Assembly: GCA_963721455.1 (NCBI GenBank)
Contig: CAVRJG010000026.1
Location: forward strand, 1 to 20,980
Source: an uncultured Methanosarcinaceae archaeon
GTDB taxonomy: Archaea > Halobacteriota > Methanosarcinia > Methanosarcinales > Methanosarcinaceae
Length of the DNA stretch: 20,980 nt
Reading direction: 5' to 3'
The position numbers were made by a program, and so were the translations under genes. The first letter of the stretch is position 1; each line of letters starts with the position of its first letter. The notes beneath the pieces were generated by a model. The model was not told where the DNA came from, did no database searches, and saw nothing but the letters and a program-made list of their open reading frames with translations. Positions 8,146 to 18,008 of the stretch are shown in pieces.

Positions 8146-8676
8146 TTGATGCGACGAATCTTGGGCGGTCTTAGGGGCCATGGAGCAGAAAGCATACAAC
8201 GTTACAAAATGAACGAAAAACTCATTTCCATAGGAGATGACTACTGGATAGAAAACGAAGCTGGAGAGAGATCATTCTATGTTGATGGCAAAGCTCTCCG
8301 CATTCGGAACACCCTGATTATCAAGGATGTACAGGGAAACGAGCTGTATAAACTCAAAGAAAAGCTTCTCCGGGTCAGGGATACGATGGACATCTTGGAT
8401 GCGGAAGGCGAAACAGTCGCAACGATCAAAAAAGCCCTGATCACTCCTCTCCGCGACCGCTGGAAAGTTGAAGTGGCAAATGGGCCTGAAATGGATATCC
8501 AGGGTAATATCCTGGACCACGAGTATAAGATTGAAGCAGGAAGGGAAAAAGTTGCAGAAGTCTCAAAAAAGTGGTTTCGGATAAGGGATACCTATGGAGT
8601 GGAAATTGAACCCGGACAGGATGCTGCTCTAATCCTGGCAATTACGGCAGCAATGGATCAGATGGCACACGATTGA
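8146..8676 (+). CDS. LURP-one-related / tubby C-terminal-like (scramblase-fold) protein
   Basis: YKMNEKLISIGDDYWIENEAG..VDGK, IQGNILDHEYKI, EVSKKWFRIRDTYGVEI..D.ALILAIT..D. Start may be ATG 8149. Confidence 0.88.
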   Translation: MMRRILGGLRGHGAESIQRYKMNEKLISIGDDYWIENEAGERSFYVDGKALRIRNTLIIKDVQGNELYKLKEKLLRVRDTMDILDAEGETVATIKKALITPLRDRWKVEVANGPEMDIQGNILDHEYKIEAGREKVAEVSKKWFRIRDTYGVEIEPGQDAALILAITAAMDQMAHD

Positions 8677-8699
8677 TAGGAAGCAGGGAGAAGAACTTA

Positions 8700-9553
8700 A
8701 TGGTTGAGACTGTTCCCTTTCCGAACTTCCTTAAAACCATAGGTGTCCTTGCTACATTGGTCTTTGTACTCACTAGCATGCTTGGCATGGGCTTCTCCCT
8801 TACAGTGCCGCAGATACTCTCCCCGCTGCACAATGGAAACTGGTAATTCTCTCACTGACAGCCAATTTTATCTTGGTCCCACTGCTAACTCTCGGAGTAC
8901 TGTTGATCTTTCCGCTTTCAGAAGGGCTTTCAATCGGGCTATTTCTTCTTGGTACTTCCGCAGGAGCCCCTTTCCTGCCGAAGCTTGCACAGGTAGCGAA
9001 AGGGGACACTGGGTTTTCCGTAGGATTGATGGTGCTCCTGATGGTAGTGACGATTGTTTACGTGCCGATAGTCCTTCCGCTATTGCTCTCAGGGGTTACA
9101 ATAAACCCCTGGGACATAGCAAAGTCCCTCATTCTACTGATGCTCTTTCCACTTGCAATTGCCCTGTTCATCCGGGCCAGGTACGAGGAAGTGGCTAATG
9201 GGCTCCGGCCTCTGATGACCCAGGCTACCAATCTTTCCCTCCTTGTTCTTTTCGTGGCTTTCTTTGTGGTCTACTCCTCTGACCTCGTCAACGTTATCGG
9301 GACCACCGCGATTATGGCGGCAGTAGTCTTTCTGCTTATTTCGTTTCTGATCGGCTACTTCTTAGGGGGGTCCACAGGATCTATCAGGAGAGTGCTTGCC
9401 CTCGGGACCGCCCAGCGCAACCTTTCGGCAGCCCTAGCAATTTCCGCGCTTAATTTCACAAACCCGGACGTGATGGTCATGATCATGGTAGTGGGAATAG
9501 CAGGTCTTATTCTGCTGATGTTTATAGGGGGAGAGCTGGGCAAACGTGCCTGA
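8700..9553 (+). pseudogene. Bile acid:sodium symporter (BASS) family transporter, one frameshift near 8835
   Basis: ATG 8700 gives MVETVPF...VLTSMLGMGFSLTVPQILSPL. A missing base shifts away from KLVILSLTANFILVPLL, which joins ORF 8873-9553 (AGAPFLPKLAQVAKGD, LGTAQRNLSAAL). Confidence 0.85.
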
Positions 9554-9732
9554 AAAGCCAGCAGAAACTGTCTTGGGGCAGGGAAAAACTTTCAAGGAAC
9601 CGGTAAGGTTAAGGGAAGATTAAAAACAGCTGATAATGTAAAAAGCAGCCGATGGCAAAAAATAGCTGATTACTCAAAACAAGCTGATGAAGCAGAGGCG
9701 ACAGTCGGCACAAGAAAGCAGAAGGAGTTTCC

Positions 9733-10980
9733 ATGACATCAGAAATTGCGGCGTTTGTAATAGCCTTTGCAGTGCTTCTCTTTGTCTTTAGCCTTGTCTC
9801 CCGAAGGATCTCAGGCACTGTAATCACAGCTCCTATGATTTTCGTGGCAGCAGGAATGCTTCTTAGCCCTGAGGGGCTCGACCTTGTGAAAATCTCCTCA
9901 AGTAGCAGTCTCGTTCTCTTGGTAGCTGAACTGGCACTTGTCCTGACTTTATTCTCGGATGCCTCAAAGATTGATCTGCGGGCACTTTTGCGTGAAGAGA
10001 AACTTCCAAGTCGTCTTCTCTTTCTTGGCCTACCGCTTACAATTGCCTTTGGGGCTATTGTTGCTGCTTTCATTTTAAAGGATGTAACACTTGCAGAAGC
10101 GGGCTTGATAGGGGCCATGCTTTCCCCTACCGATGCAGGGCTTGGTCAGGCGATAGTGAACAATACAAAATTGCCTGCCAGAATCAGGGAAGGACTCAAC
10201 GTAGAGAGCGGGCTCAATGACGGTGGTTCTATTCCGGTCTTTCTCTTTTTCCTGATGCTGGCAAGCGGAGAGATACTTGAACGGCCGATTGGTATCCTTA
10301 TTTCTTTAGCCCTTGAACAGATAGGGTTAGGGATACTTGTGGGTGCAGCTATAGGGCTTGCAGGAGGGTGGATTTCAAGCAGGTCTGTCCGGGCTGGATG
10401 GATGTCGGGGCTTTATCACAAAGTCGGGTTTATGTCCCTAGCTGTTACCGCCTGGCTTGTGGCAGACTCAGTGGGAGGCAGTGGATTCATTGCAGCTTTT
10501 ACAGGAGGACTCTTTACCCGGGTTGCAAACAACGTAAAACTCACAGAAGAAGAGATTATCCTCACGGAAGCTGAAGGGAGTATACTGAGTCTTGCAGTTT
10601 TTTTCATATTCGGAATTACAGTAGCTGCAAAAGTTTTCACAATTAGCTGGCCCATATTCATATATGCGGTACTAAGCCTCACGGTTATCCGTATGATACC
10701 TGTGGCAGTCTCCCTTATAGGTGTGAAGCTGCGCACTGAAACTGTGCTTTTCCTTGGCTGGTTTGGCCCGAGAGGGCTTGCGTCGGTTGTCCTGCTATTG
10801 ATTGCCATGGAAGAGATGAAGGGAATTGGAGGAATCAAAACTGTAAGTCTTGCAGTGATCACTACAGTCTTTCTCAGTATCTTTATCCATGGTGCCACAG
10901 CAGGCCCGGGAAGTGAGTGGTATATAAGGTTAGTAGCGGGGCTATCCTCTGATGCGCCTGAGAAGGAGAAAGTAGAATGA
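9733..10980 (+). CDS. Cation:proton antiporter (CPA1/NhaP-like)
   Basis: 415 aa hydrophobic. LFSDA, LSPTDAGLG, LNVESGLNDG, GSGFIAAF, GWFGPRGLAS motifs. Confidence 0.92.
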   Translation: MTSEIAAFVIAFAVLLFVFSLVSRRISGTVITAPMIFVAAGMLLSPEGLDLVKISSSSSLVLLVAELALVLTLFSDASKIDLRALLREEKLPSRLLFLGLPLTIAFGAIVAAFILKDVTLAEAGLIGAMLSPTDAGLGQAIVNNTKLPARIREGLNVESGLNDGGSIPVFLFFLMLASGEILERPIGILISLALEQIGLGILVGAAIGLAGGWISSRSVRAGWMSGLYHKVGFMSLAVTAWLVADSVGGSGFIAAFTGGLFTRVANNVKLTEEEIILTEAEGSILSLAVFFIFGITVAAKVFTISWPIFIYAVLSLTVIRMIPVAVSLIGVKLRTETVLFLGWFGPRGLASVVLLLIAMEEMKGIGGIKTVSLAVITTVFLSIFIHGATAGPGSEWYIRLVAGLSSDAPEKEKVE

Positions 10981-11207
10981 CTTCCTGCAGGCCTCGGAGG
11001 CGTCGCTGCCAAAAATTTGTCGGCTAGCTCTGAAATAAGTACAAACAAATCGATACTGGATACTATTACTTATCTGGAGGCGTGAATCAGTTAAATCCGA
11101 ATCTCCGGGTTATAATGGAAAAGGGTCGGCCTGTTGTAAACCGACATGGGGGAGATGTAAGATATGGAAATAAATAGCGGTTAAGTACAATCCAGGATTC
11201 TATTATA

Positions 11208-11339
11208 GAGCTCATCCCAAAACCAGGTTTACTTTTAGATCAATAAAAAATTAAGAACCATTTTTCATGATCGGAAACTCGATTGATTATTAAGAATTTT
11301 ATAATTCATAGCTGTTATTTTGGGTTTTGGGATCAGCTC
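11208..11339. mobile_element. 132-bp MITE (same family as 3838-3966) inside AI-2E gene
   Basis: GAGCTCATCCCAAAA ... TTTTGGGATCAGCTC with ATA duplicated at 11205-11207 and 11340-11342. Confidence 0.88.
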
Positions 11340-11545
11340 ATACAGTACTTTTGCTGTCATCCTGACAATCGGAATGAGGGAGATAGCTCCGATACTAACA
11401 ATCGTCTTTTTCTCTGTATTCGCCGCACTGATCTTTAGTCCTTTTGCCCCTGGTTCAAGCGAAAAAGGGTTCCTGGGGGACTGAGCGTTCTCGTAGTGGT
11501 TTTTTACTCGCTCTAATTATCTCGGTTCTCAGAGTAGTGGTCTTA

Positions 11546-11777
11546 CTTGCTTTCGGCAGGTAACTTGTTTTTTTAGTAATATTTTTACTGATAGCGTTTT
11601 TGCTGGAAAACACATTCTCCCTGATACTGAACATTATTGCAAAAATGGTCCATTGCTTATATACGCCGTGTGATTTGGGGCAGATGTTAACCAATTTCAA
11701 ATCCACTATGTGTTTACATAATGTTTGAAAACACCATCATTAAAAATTCTCAAAATCTAATGTCGACCGCCGAGCAG
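11546..11777. mobile_element. ~232-bp non-autonomous insertion with 6-7-bp TSD
   Basis: (G)GTCTTA repeated at 11540-11545 and 11778-11783. Weak TIRs CTTGCTTTCGGCAGGT vs CTGCTCGGCGGT. Removal rejoins VVV-LGAAVQ. Confidence 0.72.
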
Positions 11778-12895
11778 GTCTTAGGAGCTGCAGTCCAGAT
11801 TGGAAGCCAGCTTTCGAACTATCAAAATCAGTTAACAGAGATTCTGGACAAACTTTCACCATATCTTCCATCTACTAAAGAATTATCCCTGCAGTTCGTT
11901 CTTCTTGGAATCTCATCACTTGCAATCAGCATTGCGGTAAGCGTCCTTAACGGACTTATAAATGCCAGGACAACGGTTGGGAATCATCGTAATCACAGCT
12001 GCATTTTTGCTGCTTAGCGTGCCGGATCTCAGGAAGGGGGTAGAACAAAAAGCTGAATACAGTCCGTACTCGAATCACGGCTTAGTAAATTTGGCAAGGG
12101 TCTGGTGGGGTTTATCGTTATTAGAACGGAAGATGACGTTTTCTGGGGCTTCATGGCATTTTTTCTCGTTTATATTCCAGACATGGGCCTGGCTTTAACT
12201 ACTGTTCCACCTGCGTTCTTCGGACTGCTCCAGTATGGGATTATAGGCACTCTGGCTGTGATCATCGCTATCTCGAAATGCGCTCACAGAAAACGTCATC
12301 TTCCCTTCACTCGCAGGAAAGGGCCTGAAACTATCTCCAGCCATTGTATTTCTGTCCCTGTTTCACTGGAATTATGTACTCGGAGCCGCAGGAACGCTGC
12401 TTGCCACGTTCTTTGCCATGATTTTGAAGATTATCCTGGAGAGTTTTGAGGAAACGAAATGGATGGCCATATTGATGGGTCAGGTGGGAAATGGAGAGAA
12501 GGTGAAGAAAGCGGCAGGCAGGAAGAAGGAATTTGAAAACCCTGAAAGATGAGGAGGCATTTTGAGGGATTAGAAGACACCATGGGATATGAGAAGGCAC
12601 TCTGGAGTTACATGTCTGGTAAAGAGCTGATTAATTCGTATTTTTGTTTTTTTGCAGGCTTAATCTTAATTTTAATTTTTATACATGCCTACTTATATAT
12701 ATTCTGAATTTTATACATCTTTTGTGCTAATACTGCTGTGACTGTTTTTTGATTGCAGAGTATAGGTGTGGGAAAGGCTACCGGAAGTATACGGAAATTC
12801 TATACATCATTCATACGACCATTAGCCACCTATGAAGAACAGTTAAACGGAAATGAAACAACGAAAGCAAAATTTTGAAGAGGGGGAATAAATAA

Positions 12896-13453
12896 ATGGA
12901 TGAAGTAATGTACGGACCAATGCAGCTCTTAGTAATCGGATTCGAAAATCCAGAATTTCACGGCCAGATCCGCCGCGAACTTGGATCAGTCATGGATAAA
13001 GGAATTATCAGGCTCATTGACCTGCTGTTCGTATGGAAAGACAATAAGGGGAATCTCAAGTCTCTGGAAGCTACTCAGTTGGACGAAGAGGAGAGAATGC
13101 GTTTCGGTGCTGTTGTAGGAGGACTCATCGGGTATGGAGCCGGAGGCGAAGAGGGAGCTAGGAAAGGTATTGAAGAAGGAACCCTAGCAGCAGCCCAGGA
13201 AGACTATGGAATCACTGAAGAAGATATTCTGGAGATTGCCGAGGCTATTCCTGAAAACACCGCTGCTGCCATAATTATTATCGAGCACATCTGGGCAAAG
13301 AGCCTGAAACGGGCGATCCGCGATGCAGGAGGAGTGCTGGTCTCCCAGGGTATGCTCACACCCGAGTTGCTCGCTGTAGTTGGAGAAGAACTGGCAGAAG
13401 CGGTTAGAGCCGCGGAGGAGAAATCGGGATTTAAGGCAGCAGTGGCACCCTGA
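12896..13453 (+). CDS. DUF6325/DUF1269-like acidic protein
   Basis: 185 aa. GPMQLLVIGF..F.G.I..EL...G.IRLIDLLFV.KD..G, IEHIWA..L..AI..AGG motifs, central Gly-rich segment. GGGGGA RBS. Confidence 0.8.
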   Translation: MDEVMYGPMQLLVIGFENPEFHGQIRRELGSVMDKGIIRLIDLLFVWKDNKGNLKSLEATQLDEEERMRFGAVVGGLIGYGAGGEEGARKGIEEGTLAAAQEDYGITEEDILEIAEAIPENTAAAIIIIEHIWAKSLKRAIRDAGGVLVSQGMLTPELLAVVGEELAEAVRAAEEKSGFKAAVAP

Positions 13454-14050
13454 AAGGCTACTTCTGGGATTCCGCTATTACGGACGGTCAGACACCGAGA
13501 CTGGCTCCAGATTGAGATGGAAAAGACGTGAATCTAAGCCAGACAATTCAGAACATTATACCTCAATTTAACAACATTAGACTTAGTACCCTTAGCGAAA
13601 TAACTTAGGCACGTTTTTATACTGACTAATGTATTTTCGCAAACAAGCTCAACGATTCAGTTCGAACATAATTGTATGTTGCATAGGTTATTTCGTTGTG
13701 GGCACTTAGTTGATACCCTGGCAAGCAAAGAGAAAAAAATGAAAACGCAAGTTGAAATTTATATCAAAATACTGGAATTTTTAAAAAGTAAATTGTTCAT
13801 GCCTATTCAAAGACTTTCCAAATTTCCCAAATATATAATTAAAACATGGAAAAGATAAAGTTTTTATTTTTTATCCTTAAACTGCAAAGGATGTGCCAAA
13901 TTGAAAGTTAAATTATTTTTTCATTTTGATCAGCCTGAATTCAGGGGAATTAGGCAGCAGGATAGGGGATTTGGACTTATAAAAGACGGGTAAGAGGAAT
14001 ACACCTGACTATTCTCTTGCATTACAAATTTGGAATTGGGAGGGACATGA

Positions 14051-15163
14051 GTGGTTGAGATCGAACAGGTGCTGCCACTCGGCGGAATCCTCTTGAGGTT
14101 GGCAGTTATTCTAGTATTGACAATAGGAGCTATAATAATAAGCCGATTAATTCTGAAGCGCTTGCTCTGGCCGAAAATCAAAAAGACAAAAACAACAGCT
14201 GACGACAGAATCCTCCGCCTTCTAGAAAATCTCCTGCTATTTTTCATCGTTCTGTGGGGTTTACATGCCTTAGTAAGGTTGTTCGGTAAGTCTACCGGTC
14301 TCTATGCAGGATCCGCAGATGATCTCTTCTTTCTTCTCTACTGGAGTATAGGAGTCTATATTACTATTCGCCTGATATCCATAGTTTCAAACTGGTACCT
14401 ATCCCGGATACCCTTGAGAGATCGGGAAGCAATCGACCAGCGAGTTGTTCGCTCCATACAATACATATTTCTACTGGTTTTCGGTTTTCTAGCCATAATT
14501 ACATTTTTGAAACATTTCGGAATCACAGGAACTGCACTTACCGCATCACTTACTGCTCTTGGCATCAGTGGAATAATCGTGGGACTCGCAGCCCAGACAA
14601 CGCTTGCTGATATCATTACCGGAATTGTGCTTCTCATTGACCGCCCTTTCCGGATCGGGGACCGTATTCTAATAGAAAAAATCGACACGTGGGGAGATGT
14701 GCTTGAGATTGGATGGAGGTCAACTCGCATTCTTACCAGAGATAACCGCCTGGTTGTAATCCCTAACTCGGTTATTGGCATGGGTATGGTCACAAATTAT
14801 TCCATACCTGACAAAATGTTCCGTGTCGAGACTGATGTTTTCATATCTTATGGCCCTGATATCGAATATGTACGAAATCTGATTCTTGAGTCTCTGGCGC
14901 ATGAAGACTGGATAATGCATGACAAACCGATACAGGTGCTTTTGCTCGAATTTACGGAATCAGGAGTTAAGTTCAAAGTCCGATGCTGGATAGAAAACTT
15001 CGTGGAAACCAGGATTTCAGAGGATCAGCTCAACACGGCAATATATAAAGCCCTGATAAATGCAGATATTGCAATGCCGTCTTCAGACGTCATTGTTCAT
15101 TTCGCCGACTTCAAAACCGATTTGACATTTTCCAGACGGGATAATGATTTAAAGAATAGATAA
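14051..15163 (+). CDS. mscS: Small-conductance mechanosensitive channel (MscS family)
   Basis: GISGIIVGLAAQTTLADIITG, DRPFRIGDRI, GDVLEIGWRSTRI, IPNS, VTNYS. Extra N-terminal TM helices. GGAGGG RBS before GTG. Confidence 0.93.
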   Translation: MVEIEQVLPLGGILLRLAVILVLTIGAIIISRLILKRLLWPKIKKTKTTADDRILRLLENLLLFFIVLWGLHALVRLFGKSTGLYAGSADDLFFLLYWSIGVYITIRLISIVSNWYLSRIPLRDREAIDQRVVRSIQYIFLLVFGFLAIITFLKHFGITGTALTASLTALGISGIIVGLAAQTTLADIITGIVLLIDRPFRIGDRILIEKIDTWGDVLEIGWRSTRILTRDNRLVVIPNSVIGMGMVTNYSIPDKMFRVETDVFISYGPDIEYVRNLILESLAHEDWIMHDKPIQVLLLEFTESGVKFKVRCWIENFVETRISEDQLNTAIYKALINADIAMPSSDVIVHFADFKTDLTFSRRDNDLKNR

Positions 15164-15369
15164 TGTGTATTTTTGCATGTCCCGCCAAAACAGGCTATTA
15201 GCGCTTTTTAGACTAACATAACTATTTATTTATAGATAGGGCTAATTCTAGCTACATCTGCAGCTGAGCCAATTCTTGGACGATTTCATTCATGTTAATA
15301 AACACTGAGCGCTTATTGAATTCGTAACGTCCATAAAGATTTATATGCTGCCACGCAATAGGGGAAACA

Positions 15370-15519
15370 GGTTCCGTTGCAAAAATAATTTTTCTGTACT
15401 TTGAGGCTATTATTATTTCCTTTAAATGTTATTTTAACCCCAATTTGATCACTCAAATTGCCTTATTGTGAAGGTTTTCAACGATTTTGTAAAATGCTCT
15501 GATTTTTTGCAACGGAACC
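15370..15519. mobile_element. 150-bp IS6-type MITE, inverted relative to 3362-3508
   Basis: GGTTCCGTTGCAAAAA ... TTTTTGCAACGGAACC. Confidence 0.88.
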
Positions 15520-15645
15520 GGATTATGAGTTGTAAAAAATATTTGTTTTATTGGTAGAAGGTTTATTCAATTTTATAAAACTCATTTATATTAAGAAACT
15601 ATTATTCTTTGCTTTTTATATAATCGCACCTTTATTTTTAATTAT

Positions 15646-15785
15646 ACCTTCATGGCAGAATTGTTACTCTCCAAACGGAAGAAAGTAACTCTAATAATTT
15701 CAAAAAAGTTGCCATACCTTCATGGCAGAATTGTTACTCTCCAAACGGAAGAAAGTAACTCTAATAATTTCAAAAAAGTTGCCAT
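15646..15785 (+). repeat. Perfect 70-bp tandem duplication
   Basis: ACCTTCATGGCAGAATTGTTACTCTCCAAACGGAAGAAAGTAACTCTAATAATTTCAAAAAAGTTGCCAT at 15646-15715 and 15716-15785. Single copy in the left arm. Confidence 0.95.
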
Positions 15786-16128
15786 GAGAGTATGATTGGG
15801 GGTGGGTGAAAATGTTTGATTAGAGCATGTAATTCTCTAATCTAAAATTTAGATATATTTAAAGCACAATATATCCCGCAAAGTAGATCACTTATTCAAA
15901 GGAGAAATTTTTAAATCAATATCTAGAGGATTAAATATCATCAACATTTAGAAGTTATCAGTATCAATTTAATTTTAAAATTTTGAGAAAATGCTATAGG
16001 AAAAAGAAAAAAAGGATTCTTACATTTGTCAGTCGAAAGAATAAACACTATGAAAAGACGGGTAGCATGAAGAATTCTCAGTATAAGCTAATTACTTTGC
16101 GTCTGGTGACAGCTTCGCTGGCATTACC

Positions 16129-16165
16129 CCTAAAAAGGCGGTAAAATTATTTTTGCAACGGAACC
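16129..16165. mobile_element. 37-bp IS6-type MITE end fragment
   Basis: Exact reverse complement of 17428-17464. Confidence 0.8.
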
Positions 16166-16229
16166 GTTTTTAGCAACTGATCCATTACGTTACATTTAAA
16201 GTGTAAATAAGGAGTAAGGGGGAAAATAA

Positions 16230-17288
16230 GTGAAAAATAAAAAAATGTTACTCTCTATGGTTTTAACTTTAGTAATCACTGTTCTGATCTTAAATCTCAT
16301 TTCATCTGTGACATTGGCATCTAACGCACAAAGTGTTTCACCTACTGCACCACCTGCACATATGGGTATAAATAAAACCAATGTCCCTGATTTGAGAGAA
16401 TTAAATAATATAGTTACAGCTACTGTGTCTGTAGGAGATCATCCTTATGGAGTTGCAGTAAACTCAAACGGAACAAAGGTATATGTGACAAATTCCAACG
16501 ACAACACTGTCTCTGTGATTGATACTGCCACAAACAATGTTACAGCCACTGTAAATACAGGAATTGATCCTGACGGAATTGCAGTCAATCCAAATGGAAC
16601 CAGGGTATATGTGGCAAACGGGGGCAGCAATAATGTATCCGTAATCGACACATCAACAAAAAATGTTACAGCTGCGGTAAATGTAGAAACCAGTCCTTAT
16701 ACAGTTGCAGTAAGCCCTGATGGAAAAAAGGCATATGTGACTAATTGGGGAAGCAGCAGTACTTCTGTAATTGACACAGCAACTAATGCTGTTATAGCCA
16801 GAATACCTGTAGAAAATAGTCCATATGGAGTTGCGGCAAGCCCTGACGGAAAAAGGATATATGTGGTAAACTATTGGAGCAACAGTATCTCAGTATTTGA
16901 CACAGTAAACAACACGGTTACAACTGCGGTAAAAGGATTAAACAATCCTTATGGAGTTGCAATAAGCCCTGATGGGAAAAAGGCATATGTAACGAACTAT
17001 GGCAGCGATAATGTATCGATAATTGATACAGTTAGTAATACTATCACAGCCAGAGTGAAAGTAGGATACTATCCCATTGGGGTTGCAGTCAATCCTTCGG
17101 GAACAAACGTATATGTAGCAAATTACGGTAGCAACACTGTTTCTATAATTGACACCGCAACAAACACTGTTACAACTGCAGTGGGAGTAGGTCTCCATCC
17201 TTACGGAATTGCAGTCAACCCTTCGGGAACGAAGGTCTATGTAACGAATTCAGATAGCAACACTGTCTCTGTAATTAATATAATTTGA
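16230..17288 (+). CDS. Secreted YVTN-repeat beta-propeller protein
   Basis: Signal peptide MKNKKMLLSMVLTLVITVLILNLISSVTLA, then seven ~42-aa repeats (PYGVAVxPxGxKVYVTNxxSNTVSVIDTATN). No PKD domain. Confidence 0.93.
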   Translation: MKNKKMLLSMVLTLVITVLILNLISSVTLASNAQSVSPTAPPAHMGINKTNVPDLRELNNIVTATVSVGDHPYGVAVNSNGTKVYVTNSNDNTVSVIDTATNNVTATVNTGIDPDGIAVNPNGTRVYVANGGSNNVSVIDTSTKNVTAAVNVETSPYTVAVSPDGKKAYVTNWGSSSTSVIDTATNAVIARIPVENSPYGVAASPDGKRIYVVNYWSNSISVFDTVNNTVTTAVKGLNNPYGVAISPDGKKAYVTNYGSDNVSIIDTVSNTITARVKVGYYPIGVAVNPSGTNVYVANYGSNTVSIIDTATNTVTTAVGVGLHPYGIAVNPSGTKVYVTNSDSNTVSVINII

Positions 17289-17369
17289 TTATCAGGAAAT
17301 CATGGTGAGTAAAGAACATAAACATATAATCCATAAGCGGGGTCAACTAACTATTAAAAATTCAAAATA

Positions 17370-17404
17370 AGCCTGAGAATAAAAAGATACTATTCTCAAG
17401 GCTC
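17370..17404 (+). terminator. Hairpin after YVTN gene
   Basis: AGCCTGAGAATA ... TATTCTCAAGGCT inverted repeat with one bulge. Confidence 0.45.
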
Positions 17405-17427
17405 AACATTTGGAACTTAAAATTCTG

Positions 17428-17576
17428 GGTTCCGTTGCAAAAATAATTTTACCGCCTTTTTAGGCTATAACTATTGCTTTTTGTACCATTATTGACATGT
17501 TTATGGCATATAAATATCCCATTTGTGATGTTTTTCACTGATTTTGTAAAATAGCCAGATTTTTTGCAACGGAACC
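17428..17576. mobile_element. 149-bp IS6-type MITE (second subfamily)
   Basis: Same TIRs as 3362-3508 with a diverged interior. Confidence 0.88.
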
Positions 17577-17977
17577 ACTTGCTATTTGTGAAGCTAAGCC
17601 TGTTGCAGCTATTATGACGAATGTGCATGCTTCGAAGTATGCTGTTGATTTGTCTTTTGTTATTTTTGGGACTATATAGTAGAGTAATATGCCTACTAAA
17701 AACTGTGAATCCTATGTCTCCTCATGTGTAGCCGGTGTTTGGTGTGCCTGTTAATAATAACCCGCTTATTATGAGGTATGTTTGAATGAAATTCTCTTTT
17801 ATTTCAAGTTCTGTTTGGTCGACACATTGTTATAATTTACACTGTTGGTAGAAAAGGTTATTCTGTGAATGAAAGGTATAATCACCTTGGGCTCCTTGAG
17901 TTTTTGATCCTATAGCCTCTCATGAAGTCGATTTTTTCTAGACCATTTTGCGTAACAATCGAGTAAAACAGAAAATG

Positions 17978-18008
17978 TTTAATATTGGTGTCAACCTATC
18001 ACCAATAT
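17978..18008 (+). promoter_or_regulatory. TATA box plus palindromic operator overlapping the start codon
   Basis: TTTAATA at 17978-17984, about 25 nt upstream of ATG 18007. ATATTGGTG-N9-CACCAATAT at 17982-18008. Confidence 0.55.

Larger units (their letters stand above)
11164..12552 (+). pseudogene. AI-2E (UPF0118) family transporter pseudogene
   Basis: Fragments MEINSG*..RILLYSTFAVILTIGMREIAPIL..FAALIFSP..W.KRK.VP, VLGAAVQIGSQLSNYQ, FWGFMAFFLVYIPDMG..VPPA, and MILKIILESFEETKWMAILMG. Early stop, several frameshifts, two MITE insertions. Confidence 0.82.
15370..15847 (+). repeat. Right arm of the long inverted repeat (partner 3094-3508)
   Basis: Matches reverse complement of 3094-3508. Confidence 0.95.

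Noticed and set aside
13676-13858. Short ORFs 13380-13571, 13676-13858 and 18647-18838
   Set aside because: No convincing RBS or motif; probably chance ORFs.
3362-15519. Autonomous composite transposon
   Set aside because: No IS6 transposase in the window and no flanking target-site duplication found.
15646-15785. Possible CRISPR array
   Set aside because: Two abutting 70-bp copies, no spacers, no cas genes.
16400-17280. ~126-bp DNA repeats
   Set aside because: They are the codons of the YVTN propeller blades.
4223-17288. Pyrrolysine (TAG) read-through
   Set aside because: The main genes end in TAA or TGA, and the interruptions seen are frameshifts, insertions or TAA.
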